NCBI GenBank assembly: GCA_031409335.1
Contig: JANNWY010000307.1
Coordinates: 78,407 to 142,406 of the forward strand
Direction of reading: 5' to 3'
DNA from: Chthoniobacteraceae bacterium
GTDB taxonomy: Bacteria; Verrucomicrobiota; Verrucomicrobiia; Chthoniobacterales; Chthoniobacteraceae
Length of the DNA stretch: 64,000 nt
Below, one piece after another: positions 27,284 through 38,200 of the stretch. A program made the translations under genes and the position numbers. Below the pieces are notes generated by a model. The model saw only the letters and a program-made list of their open reading frames with translations, searched no databases and had not been told where the DNA came from. How positions within the stretch are numbered: the stretch's first letter is position 1; each line of letters opens with the position of its first letter.

Positions 27284-29152
27284 ATGAAAAAACTCTTCGC
27301 CTTTCTCTCGATGCTGCTCGCCGGATGCAGCACCGTCTTCGCTCAGGACGCAAAACCAAACATCGTCTTCATCCTCACCGACGATCTCGGGATCAACGAT
27401 CTGAGTTGCTACGGGCGGAAGGATCAGCCGACGCCGCATCTCGACCGGCTCGCGGCGCAGGGGATGCGGTTCACGAGCGCGTATTGCGCGCAGCCGATCT
27501 GTTCGCCGTCGCGCGCGGCGCTGCTCACGGGGAAGTGTCCCGCGCGTTTGCATCTCACCAATTTCCTCCCGGGCCGCGCGGATGCCCCCTCGCAAAAGTT
27601 GAAGCAACCGGTGATCGAGGGGCAGCTCCCGCTGGAGGAAACGACGCTCGCGGAGCTGCTGCGCGATGCGGGTTACGCAACGGCTTGCATTGGGAAATGG
27701 CATCTCGGCGGGCAGGGATTCGGGCCGAAGGCGCAGGGATTCGAGCATGTGTTCACGGGAAAGGCGGACACGCAGCCGGGCGCGGACGAGGGTGGAAAAG
27801 GCGAGTACGGACTGACCGCGGAGGCAACTCGCTGGATCGAGGAAAACAAGGCTCGCCCATTCTTCCTCTACCTCGCGCACAACACGCCGCACGTGCCGCT
27901 CGGTGCGCGACCGGAGCTGATCGAGAAACATCGCGACGCGTGGAATCCGATGATGGCGGCGATGATCGAAGCGATGGACGATTGCGTGGGCCGCGTGATG
28001 GCGAAGCTTGATGAAGCGGGCCTCGCCGAGCGCACGATTTTCGTCTTCGCGAGCGACAACGGCGGGCTGCACGTCCACGAACTCCCGCTCACGCCGGCGA
28101 CCTACAACGCGCCATTTCGCGCGGGAAAAGGCTTTCTCTACGAAGGCGGGCTGCGCGTGCCGCTGATCGTGCGCTGGCCGGGAAAAGTGAAGCCGGGAGT
28201 GGTGGATGAGATGCCGGTTGTGCTGACCGATCTCATGCCGACGTTGCTCGAAGCGGCTGGCATCGATCCCGCGAAGACTGTCGGCCCGCTCGACGGGGTG
28301 AGCCTGATCAAGTATCTGAAAGACACCGAATCCCATCCCGAGCAGTTCGCGGAACGTGCGCTGTTCTGGCATTTCCCAAACTACACGAACCAGGGCGGAC
28401 GCCCTGCCGGCGCGGTGCTGAAGCTTGGATGGAAGCTCGTCGAAAACTATGAAGACGGGAGCTTGGAGCTTTTCGATCTGAACAAGGATATTGGGGAAAC
28501 GAAAGACCTGTCGAAGGATCGACCCGAGCGCACTTCGGAATTGCGAGCGCTGCTCGACGCGTGGCGCAAGCGAGTCGGCGCGCAAATGCCCGTGCCGAAT
28601 GCGGAATTCGACGCGGCGCTTCACCGGAAGCTTTATGCGGATATCGATCCGAGTCTCATCGGCCAGGGCGCGAACGCGGCCGAAGTGCGTGCGAAGCTGA
28701 CCGAATGGCGGGCGGCCATGAATGCCGCGCCGAAAGGCAATCGCCCGCGCGTGACGCCTGCGGGCGGCGACATCCGGCTGCACGCGAAGGATGCGAAAGT
28801 CCACGGCACGCAGGCGCGCTACGAAGATGCGCCGAACAAGAATGTGATCGGTTTTTGGACGAAGCCGGAGGACTGGGTGAGTTGGGATTTCGAGGTCGCG
28901 AAGGCGGGCAAGTATGAAGTGGAAATCCAGCAGGGTTGCAGCGGCGGCGGCTCGGAAGTGGCGGTTGAAATCGCTGGGCAGACGCTGAAATTCACCGTCG
29001 AGGGCACGGGCCATTTTCAAAACATGATCCTGCGAACGATCGGCGAGGTGGAGCTACCGGCCGGCCCGCAAACGCTGGCCGTCAAACCGCAAAGCAAGAA
29101 GGGCGGCGCGGTGATGGATTTGCGGCGCGTGGTGTTGCGTCCGGCGATGTGA
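27284..29152 (+). CDS. Sulfatase (formylglycine-dependent) with C-terminal beta-sandwich/CBM-like domain
   Basis: KPNIVFILTDDLG, CSPSRAALLTG, GKWHLG and SDNGG motifs. Confidence 0.92.
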   Translation: MKKLFAFLSMLLAGCSTVFAQDAKPNIVFILTDDLGINDLSCYGRKDQPTPHLDRLAAQGMRFTSAYCAQPICSPSRAALLTGKCPARLHLTNFLPGRADAPSQKLKQPVIEGQLPLEETTLAELLRDAGYATACIGKWHLGGQGFGPKAQGFEHVFTGKADTQPGADEGGKGEYGLTAEATRWIEENKARPFFLYLAHNTPHVPLGARPELIEKHRDAWNPMMAAMIEAMDDCVGRVMAKLDEAGLAERTIFVFASDNGGLHVHELPLTPATYNAPFRAGKGFLYEGGLRVPLIVRWPGKVKPGVVDEMPVVLTDLMPTLLEAAGIDPAKTVGPLDGVSLIKYLKDTESHPEQFAERALFWHFPNYTNQGGRPAGAVLKLGWKLVENYEDGSLELFDLNKDIGETKDLSKDRPERTSELRALLDAWRKRVGAQMPVPNAEFDAALHRKLYADIDPSLIGQGANAAEVRAKLTEWRAAMNAAPKGNRPRVTPAGGDIRLHAKDAKVHGTQARYEDAPNKNVIGFWTKPEDWVSWDFEVAKAGKYEVEIQQGCSGGGSEVAVEIAGQTLKFTVEGTGHFQNMILRTIGEVELPAGPQTLAVKPQSKKGGAVMDLRRVVLRPAM

Positions 29153-29246
29153 TGCCGCGGGTTGGGCGACGCCGATTGCGCCTGCCCTTTCGCCCGTCTG
29201 TTTGACAACAGCGGAACCGATCCTAGCGTCACGCCACGAAAATCCC

Positions 29247-29999
29247 GTGAACGACCAGAACCCTCTCTCACGTCCCGACCGGCGTCAGTTCATCAAACAC
29301 TTCGCGGTGAGCACGGCGGCGTCCTGGTTTTGCGGGAAAATGTGGACGGCGAATGTGATCGCCGAAGTGACGCCCGCGGTGCTGGCGGTCGGGAGGATTC
29401 CGATCAAGATCAGCGCTTATCCCACGTTCCAACTGCCGTACGGTTCGGTTCGGTTTGCGTTCGCCGATCCTTCGGGCGGGATTTATCCGTTTGTGCTTAC
29501 GCGCGTGGAAGCCGGGCAGTTTTTCGCGGTCGATACAAAATGCAGTCACGCGGGCTGCATCGTCGAGCCGTTCAGCGATGGGCCGTTCGCGATGGAGTGT
29601 TACTGCCATGGTTCGCGGTACGATTTCATGGGGCAGGTGACCAACGGCCCGGCCACGGTGGATCTGCTTCGGTATGAAACGGAGTTCGACGGCGTGGACA
29701 CGGTGACGGTGCTCGTGCCGGGCATCGACATGACGATTTGCAACGCCGTCGTGCAGGAGAAAACGTCGAGCGCGGTGCGCCTGCGTTTGCAATTTCCCAC
29801 GATTTTGCTCGGGAATTACGGTGTGCATTTCCGCCAAAATATGTCGGACCCGCCGCAGCGGATTTCGTTTTCCACATCACCGACCGGGAGTCCGGCGATC
29901 AATCAGATCGCGGGCAACGGGCAGATTCGGACGATCTACGTGCAGGCGGCCCTGCCACAGGGCTTCTTTTCCGTGGCGCTGCTGGTGGACGTTTTTTGA
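29247..29999 (+). CDS. Tat-exported Rieske [2Fe-2S] protein with extra C-terminal domain
   Basis: DRRQFIK Tat motif; CSHAGC and CYCHGSRYD. Confidence 0.85.
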   Translation: MNDQNPLSRPDRRQFIKHFAVSTAASWFCGKMWTANVIAEVTPAVLAVGRIPIKISAYPTFQLPYGSVRFAFADPSGGIYPFVLTRVEAGQFFAVDTKCSHAGCIVEPFSDGPFAMECYCHGSRYDFMGQVTNGPATVDLLRYETEFDGVDTVTVLVPGIDMTICNAVVQEKTSSAVRLRLQFPTILLGNYGVHFRQNMSDPPQRISFSTSPTGSPAINQIAGNGQIRTIYVQAALPQGFFSVALLVDVF

Positions 30000-30208
30000 G
30001 GGAAAATGCGGGGCTGAATTTTCGCGCACCAGCAGATTGAGCTTGCGGCACAGACGAGACGTTACACAATAACGATAATTAAAAGGAACGCACTTCACCG
30101 CCGCGCTCCCACCCAAATCCTCCCGCAAACCCCATCAAGTCGAACTGCGCTACGCTGCGCCGAGATGCAGTTCCAAACCGCCCGCCGAAACCAGTCCCCA
30201 CATATCCC

Positions 30209-33200
30209 ATGAAAACAAACTCCGCTTCCTTCAAACGCTCATCGTCATTGCAACGCACCATCCTTTCCGCCAGCGCCGCCTCGCTGCTTGCTGCGGTGCT
30301 CACCGTGCCGCAGGTCCATGCGCAAATCTCGATCGGCGCGCCGAGCGTCTATTCGCAAAATTTTGACACGCTCCCGACTGTCGCGGGCAATTGGACGGAC
30401 AACACCACGCTGGCTGGCTGGTATGCGACGAGCATGAACTTTTTCCCCGCCACCGGGGTGCTCGCTCCGCTTCCGCTCGGGGCGTACACGACGGGCGCCG
30501 CGCGGGCGAGCGGGTTTTTCAGCGCGGGCACCGGCACGGAGCGGGCGCTGGCGTGGGGGGCGACCACCACCGGCTACGGCGCTTCCGCGATGGGCGTCGT
30601 CTTTGAAAATACCAGCGGGAATACGCTGTCGATCGGCAATATCTCCTTCAACGGGGAGATGTATGCGGGTCAGGCGACTGCGGGTGCGCTCGACGGCCTC
30701 CAGTTCTTTTACCAGGTCGGCGGCGCTGCCATCACCAACTTGGCGGGCACGGCGGTGCATGCCAACGGCGCGCTCTATGCGGCCAATGCCGCGCTCGAAG
30801 ACACGGGCTGGACGCGCATCTCGGGGCTTGAGTATTTCGATTCGGTCGCGGTGGCGGGGCAAGTGCAGAACCCGGCGAAAATAAAAGCCGTCGGCCTGAA
30901 CGCGGGCCTCACCCTGGCACCGGGCGAGTTCATCACGCTGCGCTGGCGCAGCCTGAATGACAGCGGCGCGGATGGGATAGTCGGCATCGACGATTTGCTG
31001 GTCAACTTTCTTTCGGCTCCGAACAACCTCGTTTACAACCGCAATACATTTCCGAATGGCATCGTTCAGATTGGCGGGGGCAATGTCTGGCTGAATGGAG
31101 CAAACCCGGCTGCGTTGGGCGCCAATGACAATGCTTTCTTCAGCCAGCCCGGGAGTGCCGCGCTGGACGTGCAGGGAAGCGTGCCCCTCAACACGATTAA
31201 CATCACCGCGGCCTCCGGAACCAACACTTTCAGCGGTGCGGGCAGCATGAGCGGGGCGCTCATCAAATCGGGGGCGGGGAATGCGGCGCTCGGCAATGCG
31301 AACACGTTCTCCAGCCTTACGATCAGCGAGGCGGGTGTGCTTCAAGCCACCGTCCCGCAAACGATCTCGGGTCCGATCACTGCCCCATTCGACCCGGATG
31401 GGACGCCCACCATCCAGACCGATGCCGATGTCACGGCAACATCCCTGAATGGCGCGGGTACGCTCATCAAGACCGGCACTGCGGCGCTGGTTCTGACCGG
31501 GGCGAGCGCCGGGACCGGCGGCGGCGGCGTCTCGGTAACGCAGGGCAGCTTGCGCACGGCCACGGCGGCGGCGCTCGGGCCAAGGAATATCGCGATCAAC
31601 GGCGCCGACGCGGCGCTTTCCTTTGCGCACACGGCTGGCGATCAGACGCTGAATGCCGCCACGACGATCACTCCCGGCGCGGCGGGCGCGGAGATCAATG
31701 TTGCAAATGGGGCAATCGGTTTGGGCGTCATTATTGGCACGGCGGACCGGCTGATCGGGGCCAACACGATCACCAAGACCGGACCCGGTATCCTGCGCAT
31801 GAGTGCCAACCAGACGAGCTTCACGGGGAATTGGATCATCAATGGCGGAGCCGTGCAGTATGGCAACGGGCTCGCGAATGCGCTCGGCAGCGGCAGCGTT
31901 ACCATCAACACCGGCGGCGAACTCGCCGGGCAAAACACGATCGTGCCCGTGGCGAGCATCACGCTCAATGGCGGCGCGCTCGGCACGCGCACTGGCGCTG
32001 CGACGGATTTCACCGGCACGGTGAATGTCGTCGCGAATTCCGAGGCGCGACTCCGCAGTGTCTCGACGCCGACTGGCACACAGGCGTTCACGATCAGCGG
32101 CGTGCTCACCGGCGCGGGCGATCTGACACTGACCGGAAATCTCCCGCTCACCGACAGCGGCGGCACTGCGCAATTGCGGCTGACGAACGACGCTAACACC
32201 TTCACCGGCACGTTCCGCGCCACGCAATTCCAGACCCTCACGAGCGAACGGCTCGCGGGCACCGGCAGCGCGCTGAATGGCCGCCCCGTCCTCCTCAGCG
32301 GCGGACGGCTGCGGCTGCTAGACAATGGCGCGGCGGACAACGGGACGATCACTTTTGGGAATAACGTGACCGTGGACTCCGGCGTCGCGAGCGTCGATGT
32401 GGACCGGCAGGCGGCCGGCACTTTCAGCGGCAACGCGATCCAGCTCGGCACGCTCGCCATCGCTGGCGGGAGCACGCTCGGCAGCACCGGCGGCAATGGC
32501 TATCAGGCGCACTTCACCGGGCTCACGAGCGTGACCGGCGCGGGCGACGTGACCTTTAGCCCCACCACTGCGCCGCTCATCCTCGCGGGCGGCATTGGCG
32601 GCGGCACTTATGGCATCGTGAAAAATGGCACTGGTGTGTTCGGCATCAATGGCAACGCCAGCTACACGGGAAATACGACCGTCAACGAAGGCACCTTCGG
32701 CACGAACGGCCAGCTCACTGGCACGCCGCGCATCGACATCAGGACGGGGGCGACGCTCGACGTGAGCCTCGTCGCCGGCGGCTTCAATGTCGGCGCGGGC
32801 CAGACGCTCGCCGGGACCGGGAGCGTGGCGGGTTCCGCCAATGTCCTCAGCGGCGGCACGATCGAAGGCGGCGATCTGCTCGGAGTCGGCACGCTGACCA
32901 CCGGCCCGCTCACGCTCGGCGCGAGCGCGATCGTCCGTGCCGCGGGTGGGAATGTGGGTGGCTCGATCGTCGTCTCAGGCACGGACACGCTCACCGCAAC
33001 GGGCCCCTTGGCTTCCGTGACGGTCAACGTGATCGGCGCACAGCCGGCAATCGGCCAGCATGTGCTCATCGACTACGACGGCGTCATCGGCGGCCCCAAC
33101 GGCTTCGGGGCTTTCACCCTTGGCACGCTTCCACCACGAACCACAGCCACGCTGCAAAACGACGCCAACCCGCTCATCACCACGATCTTTTTGGACGTCT

Positions 33201-35194
33201 CATCCATCGACTTCCCCAAATGGAGAGGCGCGCAGGGCAGCGAGTGGAGCACCAATACGATTTTGCCGGCGAAGAACTGGGCGCTCAACTCGAATAACTC
33301 CGGCACCGACTTCCTCGTTGGCGACAAGGTTCTCTTTAACGACACCGCCACCACGACGCTCGTCGATATCAGCGTTGCCGACGTGCTGCCGCAGGAAGTC
33401 ATCTTCGACAATTTGACGAAGGCATACACCCTCCAGGGTAGTAGCGGAATCGCAGGACTGATTGGCATCACCAAGAACGGCGACGGCTCTGCGACCTCGC
33501 TGCTCACGATCATTAACACCAACAGCTTCACCGGCCCCGTCACGATGAATGGCGGCACCGTGAGTGTCGCGGTGGTCGCCGACAGCGGCGTCGCCAGCCC
33601 GCTCGGCGCGGGATCGAGCCTCGTCTTCAATGGCGGCACGCTGGAATTCACCGGAGCTGCCGGCACGACGAATCGCCCCACGACGATCGACGCGGGCGGC
33701 GGGACCGTGAAAACGGCCACCGCACTGGCGCTCACCGGCGTCCTCGGCGGCGCTGGCGATCTCACAAAATCCGGCAGCGGCGTGCTGACGCTCACGGGCC
33801 TCAGCACCTTCAGCGGCGCGGTGAATATCAACGGTGGAACCGTCAGCGTTCCGACCATCGCCACATTCGGAGTCAACAGCCCGCTCGGCACTGGCACGGC
33901 GATGGCATTCGACGCCGGGACGCTCGACTACACCGGTGCGGTCGCGACCACGCTCGATCGCAACATCACGATCAACGGCGGCGGCTCAACCATCCGCAAC
34001 GTGGGCAACGTCACCGCGAGCGGATTCATCTCCGGCACGGGAGGTCTCACCAAAGTCGGTGCGGGCGCGGTGATCCTCAGCGGCGCGGTTGACAACACCT
34101 ATTCCGGCGACACGCGCGTCACGCAAGGCGAGCTCATTCTGTCGAGTCCGAGCGGGATCAATTCGATCGGCGGCAATCTCATCGTCGAGACCGGTGCGAT
34201 TGCGAGCTACGGCACCACTGCCGGGCAGTTGCAGGATCACATCCCGGACACGGCGAGCATCACGATCAATGGCGGCACCTTCGGATCGGGTTCGGGAAAC
34301 ACGGAGGCCGGGCCGACGGCGGGAGTCTCGGACACCGTCGCGAACGTGAGCGTCAGCAGCGGGAAATTCCTCAGCGGACGCGGCCCTGGCGGCGCGGCCA
34401 ACGTTCGGCCCACGCCGTTTGTCATCACTGGTGCATTGGAAATGACGGGCGGCACCGCGCTGGTTTCGCGCGGTGGCTGGCTCACCGCAAACTCCGTCGA
34501 GATCGCGTCGCCCGCGGTCTTGAATCTCGATGGTGCCAGCGGCACACCGGAAAACCAGAGCCGCCTCACCGTCGGCGCGGGAGGACTTTCGCTGACTGGC
34601 GCGACGATCAATTTCAACGCGGGACCGAACGCCATCGGCGCCGGCTCCGTCGGGAGTGTCCTGACGCTCAATGGCACCCTGACCTCCACCGGAACGAGCA
34701 GCCTCGCGCGGCTCAGTCCCACCCTCTCAACGGCGATTGTCGATCTCGACGGCGCAGTACGCACCTTCGATGTCACCGGCGTCCTCACCGTCGCGCCCGA
34801 TGTCGGCACGCTCGCGGACCTCGCGGCGGGCGGCATTTTAAAAACCGGCAGCGGCAAGCTCGCGCTCGAAGGCGCGCAGAGCTACACCTCGCTCACGAAC
34901 AACGCCGGGCGCACCGATGTCAGCAGGACCATCGGCACCGGCACATCGACCGTCACCGCAAACGCCGGCGAGGTGAATTTCGGTGCTTCGCAAACGCTCA
35001 CCTCGCTCGACATCGGCGCAGGTGCCGTCGTCACGCTCGGCTCGCCGCTGCCGCCCGCGCCGGAGCAGGGCATCGCCTTCGATGCCTCGTTCGCGGACGC
35101 CGTTTCGCCCGCCGCCGTGCCCGAGCCCGGCAGCGCTGCGATGATCCTCGCCGGCCTCGCGACACTGCTCGGCATCCGCCGTCGGCGCGTGTGA
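30209..35194 (+). CDS. Autotransporter-associated beta-strand repeat protein with PEP-CTERM (1661 aa)
   Basis: Signal peptide, N-terminal YSQNFDTL domain, passenger repeats, VPEPGSAAMILAGLATLLGIRRRRV. Confidence 0.92.
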   Translation: MKTNSASFKRSSSLQRTILSASAASLLAAVLTVPQVHAQISIGAPSVYSQNFDTLPTVAGNWTDNTTLAGWYATSMNFFPATGVLAPLPLGAYTTGAARASGFFSAGTGTERALAWGATTTGYGASAMGVVFENTSGNTLSIGNISFNGEMYAGQATAGALDGLQFFYQVGGAAITNLAGTAVHANGALYAANAALEDTGWTRISGLEYFDSVAVAGQVQNPAKIKAVGLNAGLTLAPGEFITLRWRSLNDSGADGIVGIDDLLVNFLSAPNNLVYNRNTFPNGIVQIGGGNVWLNGANPAALGANDNAFFSQPGSAALDVQGSVPLNTINITAASGTNTFSGAGSMSGALIKSGAGNAALGNANTFSSLTISEAGVLQATVPQTISGPITAPFDPDGTPTIQTDADVTATSLNGAGTLIKTGTAALVLTGASAGTGGGGVSVTQGSLRTATAAALGPRNIAINGADAALSFAHTAGDQTLNAATTITPGAAGAEINVANGAIGLGVIIGTADRLIGANTITKTGPGILRMSANQTSFTGNWIINGGAVQYGNGLANALGSGSVTINTGGELAGQNTIVPVASITLNGGALGTRTGAATDFTGTVNVVANSEARLRSVSTPTGTQAFTISGVLTGAGDLTLTGNLPLTDSGGTAQLRLTNDANTFTGTFRATQFQTLTSERLAGTGSALNGRPVLLSGGRLRLLDNGAADNGTITFGNNVTVDSGVASVDVDRQAAGTFSGNAIQLGTLAIAGGSTLGSTGGNGYQAHFTGLTSVTGAGDVTFSPTTAPLILAGGIGGGTYGIVKNGTGVFGINGNASYTGNTTVNEGTFGTNGQLTGTPRIDIRTGATLDVSLVAGGFNVGAGQTLAGTGSVAGSANVLSGGTIEGGDLLGVGTLTTGPLTLGASAIVRAAGGNVGGSIVVSGTDTLTATGPLASVTVNVIGAQPAIGQHVLIDYDGVIGGPNGFGAFTLGTLPPRTTATLQNDANPLITTIFLDVSSIDFPKWRGAQGSEWSTNTILPAKNWALNSNNSGTDFLVGDKVLFNDTATTTLVDISVADVLPQEVIFDNLTKAYTLQGSSGIAGLIGITKNGDGSATSLLTIINTNSFTGPVTMNGGTVSVAVVADSGVASPLGAGSSLVFNGGTLEFTGAAGTTNRPTTIDAGGGTVKTATALALTGVLGGAGDLTKSGSGVLTLTGLSTFSGAVNINGGTVSVPTIATFGVNSPLGTGTAMAFDAGTLDYTGAVATTLDRNITINGGGSTIRNVGNVTASGFISGTGGLTKVGAGAVILSGAVDNTYSGDTRVTQGELILSSPSGINSIGGNLIVETGAIASYGTTAGQLQDHIPDTASITINGGTFGSGSGNTEAGPTAGVSDTVANVSVSSGKFLSGRGPGGAANVRPTPFVITGALEMTGGTALVSRGGWLTANSVEIASPAVLNLDGASGTPENQSRLTVGAGGLSLTGATINFNAGPNAIGAGSVGSVLTLNGTLTSTGTSSLARLSPTLSTAIVDLDGAVRTFDVTGVLTVAPDVGTLADLAAGGILKTGSGKLALEGAQSYTSLTNNAGRTDVSRTIGTGTSTVTANAGEVNFGASQTLTSLDIGAGAVVTLGSPLPPAPEQGIAFDASFADAVSPAAVPEPGSAAMILAGLATLLGIRRRRV

Positions 35195-35265
35195 ACGGCG
35201 ATCCGCCGCACAGTGCCGGCTCAAACACGGGCGATCCCGCTGCCCCGACAGGAAGACCTTCCCCT

Positions 35266-38200
35266 ATGAAAACCAACGCAATCCTCACCCGCGGCATCGC
35301 CACTCTTTTCGCACTTGCGCCCTTCGCGGCGCATGGCGCGGCGGACACGCTCACCGGCACCGGCGGTGCCACTCAGCCGGGCGTCTCGTGGGCGCCGACG
35401 ACTGCGGCCGGTGGCACCATCGGCGTTTGGAGTCTCGGCGCGATACCGGGCGCGGGCGACAACGCGATCATCGCCGCGACCGGTCTGATCGATGTCCGCG
35501 GCTCGGCGGCGGCGTTCAATCCGAGCGCGACGGTGGGAACCACCGAGATTCAGGATCTCACCTTCAACAGCACGGCGGCGGTGACATTGAACAACAATAC
35601 CACCTCGCGGGACATGGTGCTCATCCTGAATGGCGGACGCGGCGCGGGTGTGCCGCTCATTTCGACGATCGGCGATTTCGCGTACACGATTCAAGGGGCG
35701 GGCAGCAATGGCACCACGCCGAGGCCGCTGCGGCTGCAACTCAACGCAAGCGGCGGCATCGACGTGACGGCGAACGCGCTCTCGATCAGCGCCGTCATCA
35801 CTGAAAGTGGCGGCGCGCGGAGCCTCAGTAAAACTGGCGCGGGCAGGCTCGTGCTGAGTGGTGCGAATACGTTCACGGGTGGCATCGCGCTTTCGGCGGG
35901 AATCCTGCGCGCCACGGGAAATGCGGGCGCGCTCGGCACGGGAACGCTCACGCTCGCGGGCGGGGAACTGCAACTCGCGAACGACGCGGCGACCGCTTTC
36001 AACCGCAACACCGTCGTCACCGCGAACGCCCAGATCACCAGTGATCGCGCGGCGGCGGGCGCGGGCGTGACGCATACGCTGGGCACGCTCGCGATCGGCG
36101 CGCAGACGCTCACGATCGCGCCGGGCGCGCTCAGCACTTCGGGAACGGCGGGCGTCACTTTCGGTGCGACCACGCTTTCCGGCGCGGCCATTTTTTCCGT
36201 GGCGACGGGCGCGGCGCTCACGCTCGGCGCGACCGATGTCGGCGCAAATCCGCTCACCGCGAGCGGCCCGGGCACGATGACGATCAGCGGCGCGATCAGC
36301 GCGGGCGCGGGTGGTCTCGTGCGGGGCGGCGCGGGGCGCGTGATCCTCGCGGGCGCGAGCACTTTCACCACGGGCGCGACGCTGCTGGAGGGCGTGACGG
36401 AGGTGACGAACAACGACGCGCTCGGCACGGGCGCAATCGCGATCAACAGCGGCGCGACGCTCGAAGTGAATCTCGCGGGCGCGAATCTCCGCGCCGCGTC
36501 CATCACCGCGAATCCCGGCGGACGCGTCGCGGTGCGCGGGCTGACGTTGAACAGCGCGGTGACGCTCGCGGGCGGCATCCTCGGCACCCGCACGAACGAT
36601 CTCGGGACATTCGCCGGGCCGGTGAATGTCGCGGCGAATTCGTCGGTGGAGCTGATCAATTACACCGCGCCCGCGAACAATCAGAGCATCATCATTTCCG
36701 GCAAACTCTCCGGCGCGAACACGCTCAACGTCGTCGGCGGCGCGACGGCGAACGCGGGAGCGAAGGCGCTGATTCTCACCGACACCGCGAACGATTTCAG
36801 CGGCGTTTTCAATGTCGCGTCCGGCCAGCGGCTCAGCAGCATTCCCGCCGCCACGACCGGCAGCACGCTCGGCACGGCGTCGGTGAATCTCAGCGGGGGA
36901 TTTTTGCGCCTGAATGACAACGGCGTCGGTGTGGATGGCACGCTCGCGTACGGCAACAACCTCACCGTCGGCGGCGCGAGCACGATCGATCTCGATCGCG
37001 TGAACGGCGCAAACAGCGGCAACACTTTCGTCCTCGGCACGCTCACCGCCGGATCGGGCACGCTCACGATCAATGGCGCGAATGGCTACAAGGCGAGCTT
37101 CACCGGCGGCACGCTGAACGGCAGCGCGACGATCAATCACGCCGGCGCGGTCGCGATCACCGGCGCGATCGGGGGATTTTTTGGGCTGAACAAAACCGGT
37201 GCGGGCACGCTCACGCTCGGCGGCGCGAATACTTATCTCGGCACGACGACTGTCAGCGTGGGCGGATTGAATCTCACCGGCTCGCTCGCGGGTGTGCTCG
37301 CGCTCGGCGCGAATACGACGCTCTCTGGCGCAGGCACGGTGCTCGCCGGCACGTCGGTCGCCAACGGCGCGGTGCTCAATCCCGGCAACGCGAACGCGGG
37401 CACTTTCACCACGGGCGCGCTCACCTTTGGCGCGGCGGACGCGGACTTGGCGACGGTGAATTTCACCACCGGCGCGGTGCCGGGAAACATCAACGTGACC
37501 GCCGCAAACGGACTCGCTGCTTTCGGCGCAGCCGGCTCGGTCGGGCTGAAGCTGCTCACGACGCTGCCCGCGCTCGGCACGCACACCGTCATCGACTACA
37601 GCGGCGCGATCGGCGGCACTGGCTTCTCCGCTTTCACCCTCGCCCCGCTGCCAAATCCGCGCATCGTCGCCACGCTCGCGAACAACCTCGCCGCCACGCG
37701 CATCGAACTCACCGTCACCGCCGTCGATGCCCCGCGCTGGAGCGGCGCGTTGAGCGGCGAATGGAGCACTGCCATTCTCGGCACGCCGAAAAACTGGAGC
37801 CTCATCATCGGCGTGGGAACGACCGACTTCATCAGCGGCGACAACGCGCTCTTCGACGACGCGGCCGCGGGTGGCGTGCGCGACATCGTTTTGAATGTGG
37901 AAAACGTGGCACCGGACAGCGTCGTTTTCGACAACTCGTTCGCGGTCCCCTACACACTCAGCGGCACGAACGCGATCGCCGGCACCACGGGGCTGACGAA
38001 GACGCGCAACGGCACGCTCACGATCTCGAATACGAACAGCTTCACCGGTCCCGTCAGCATCAGCGCGGGCACGATCAGCGTGAACGCAGTCGCCAACAGC
38101 GCGGCGAACAGTCCGCTCGGAGCAGGCGCGATCGTGAATATCTCAAATGGCGGCACGCTGGATTTCACTGGCGCGACGGGCAGCACGAATCGCGCGCTCA

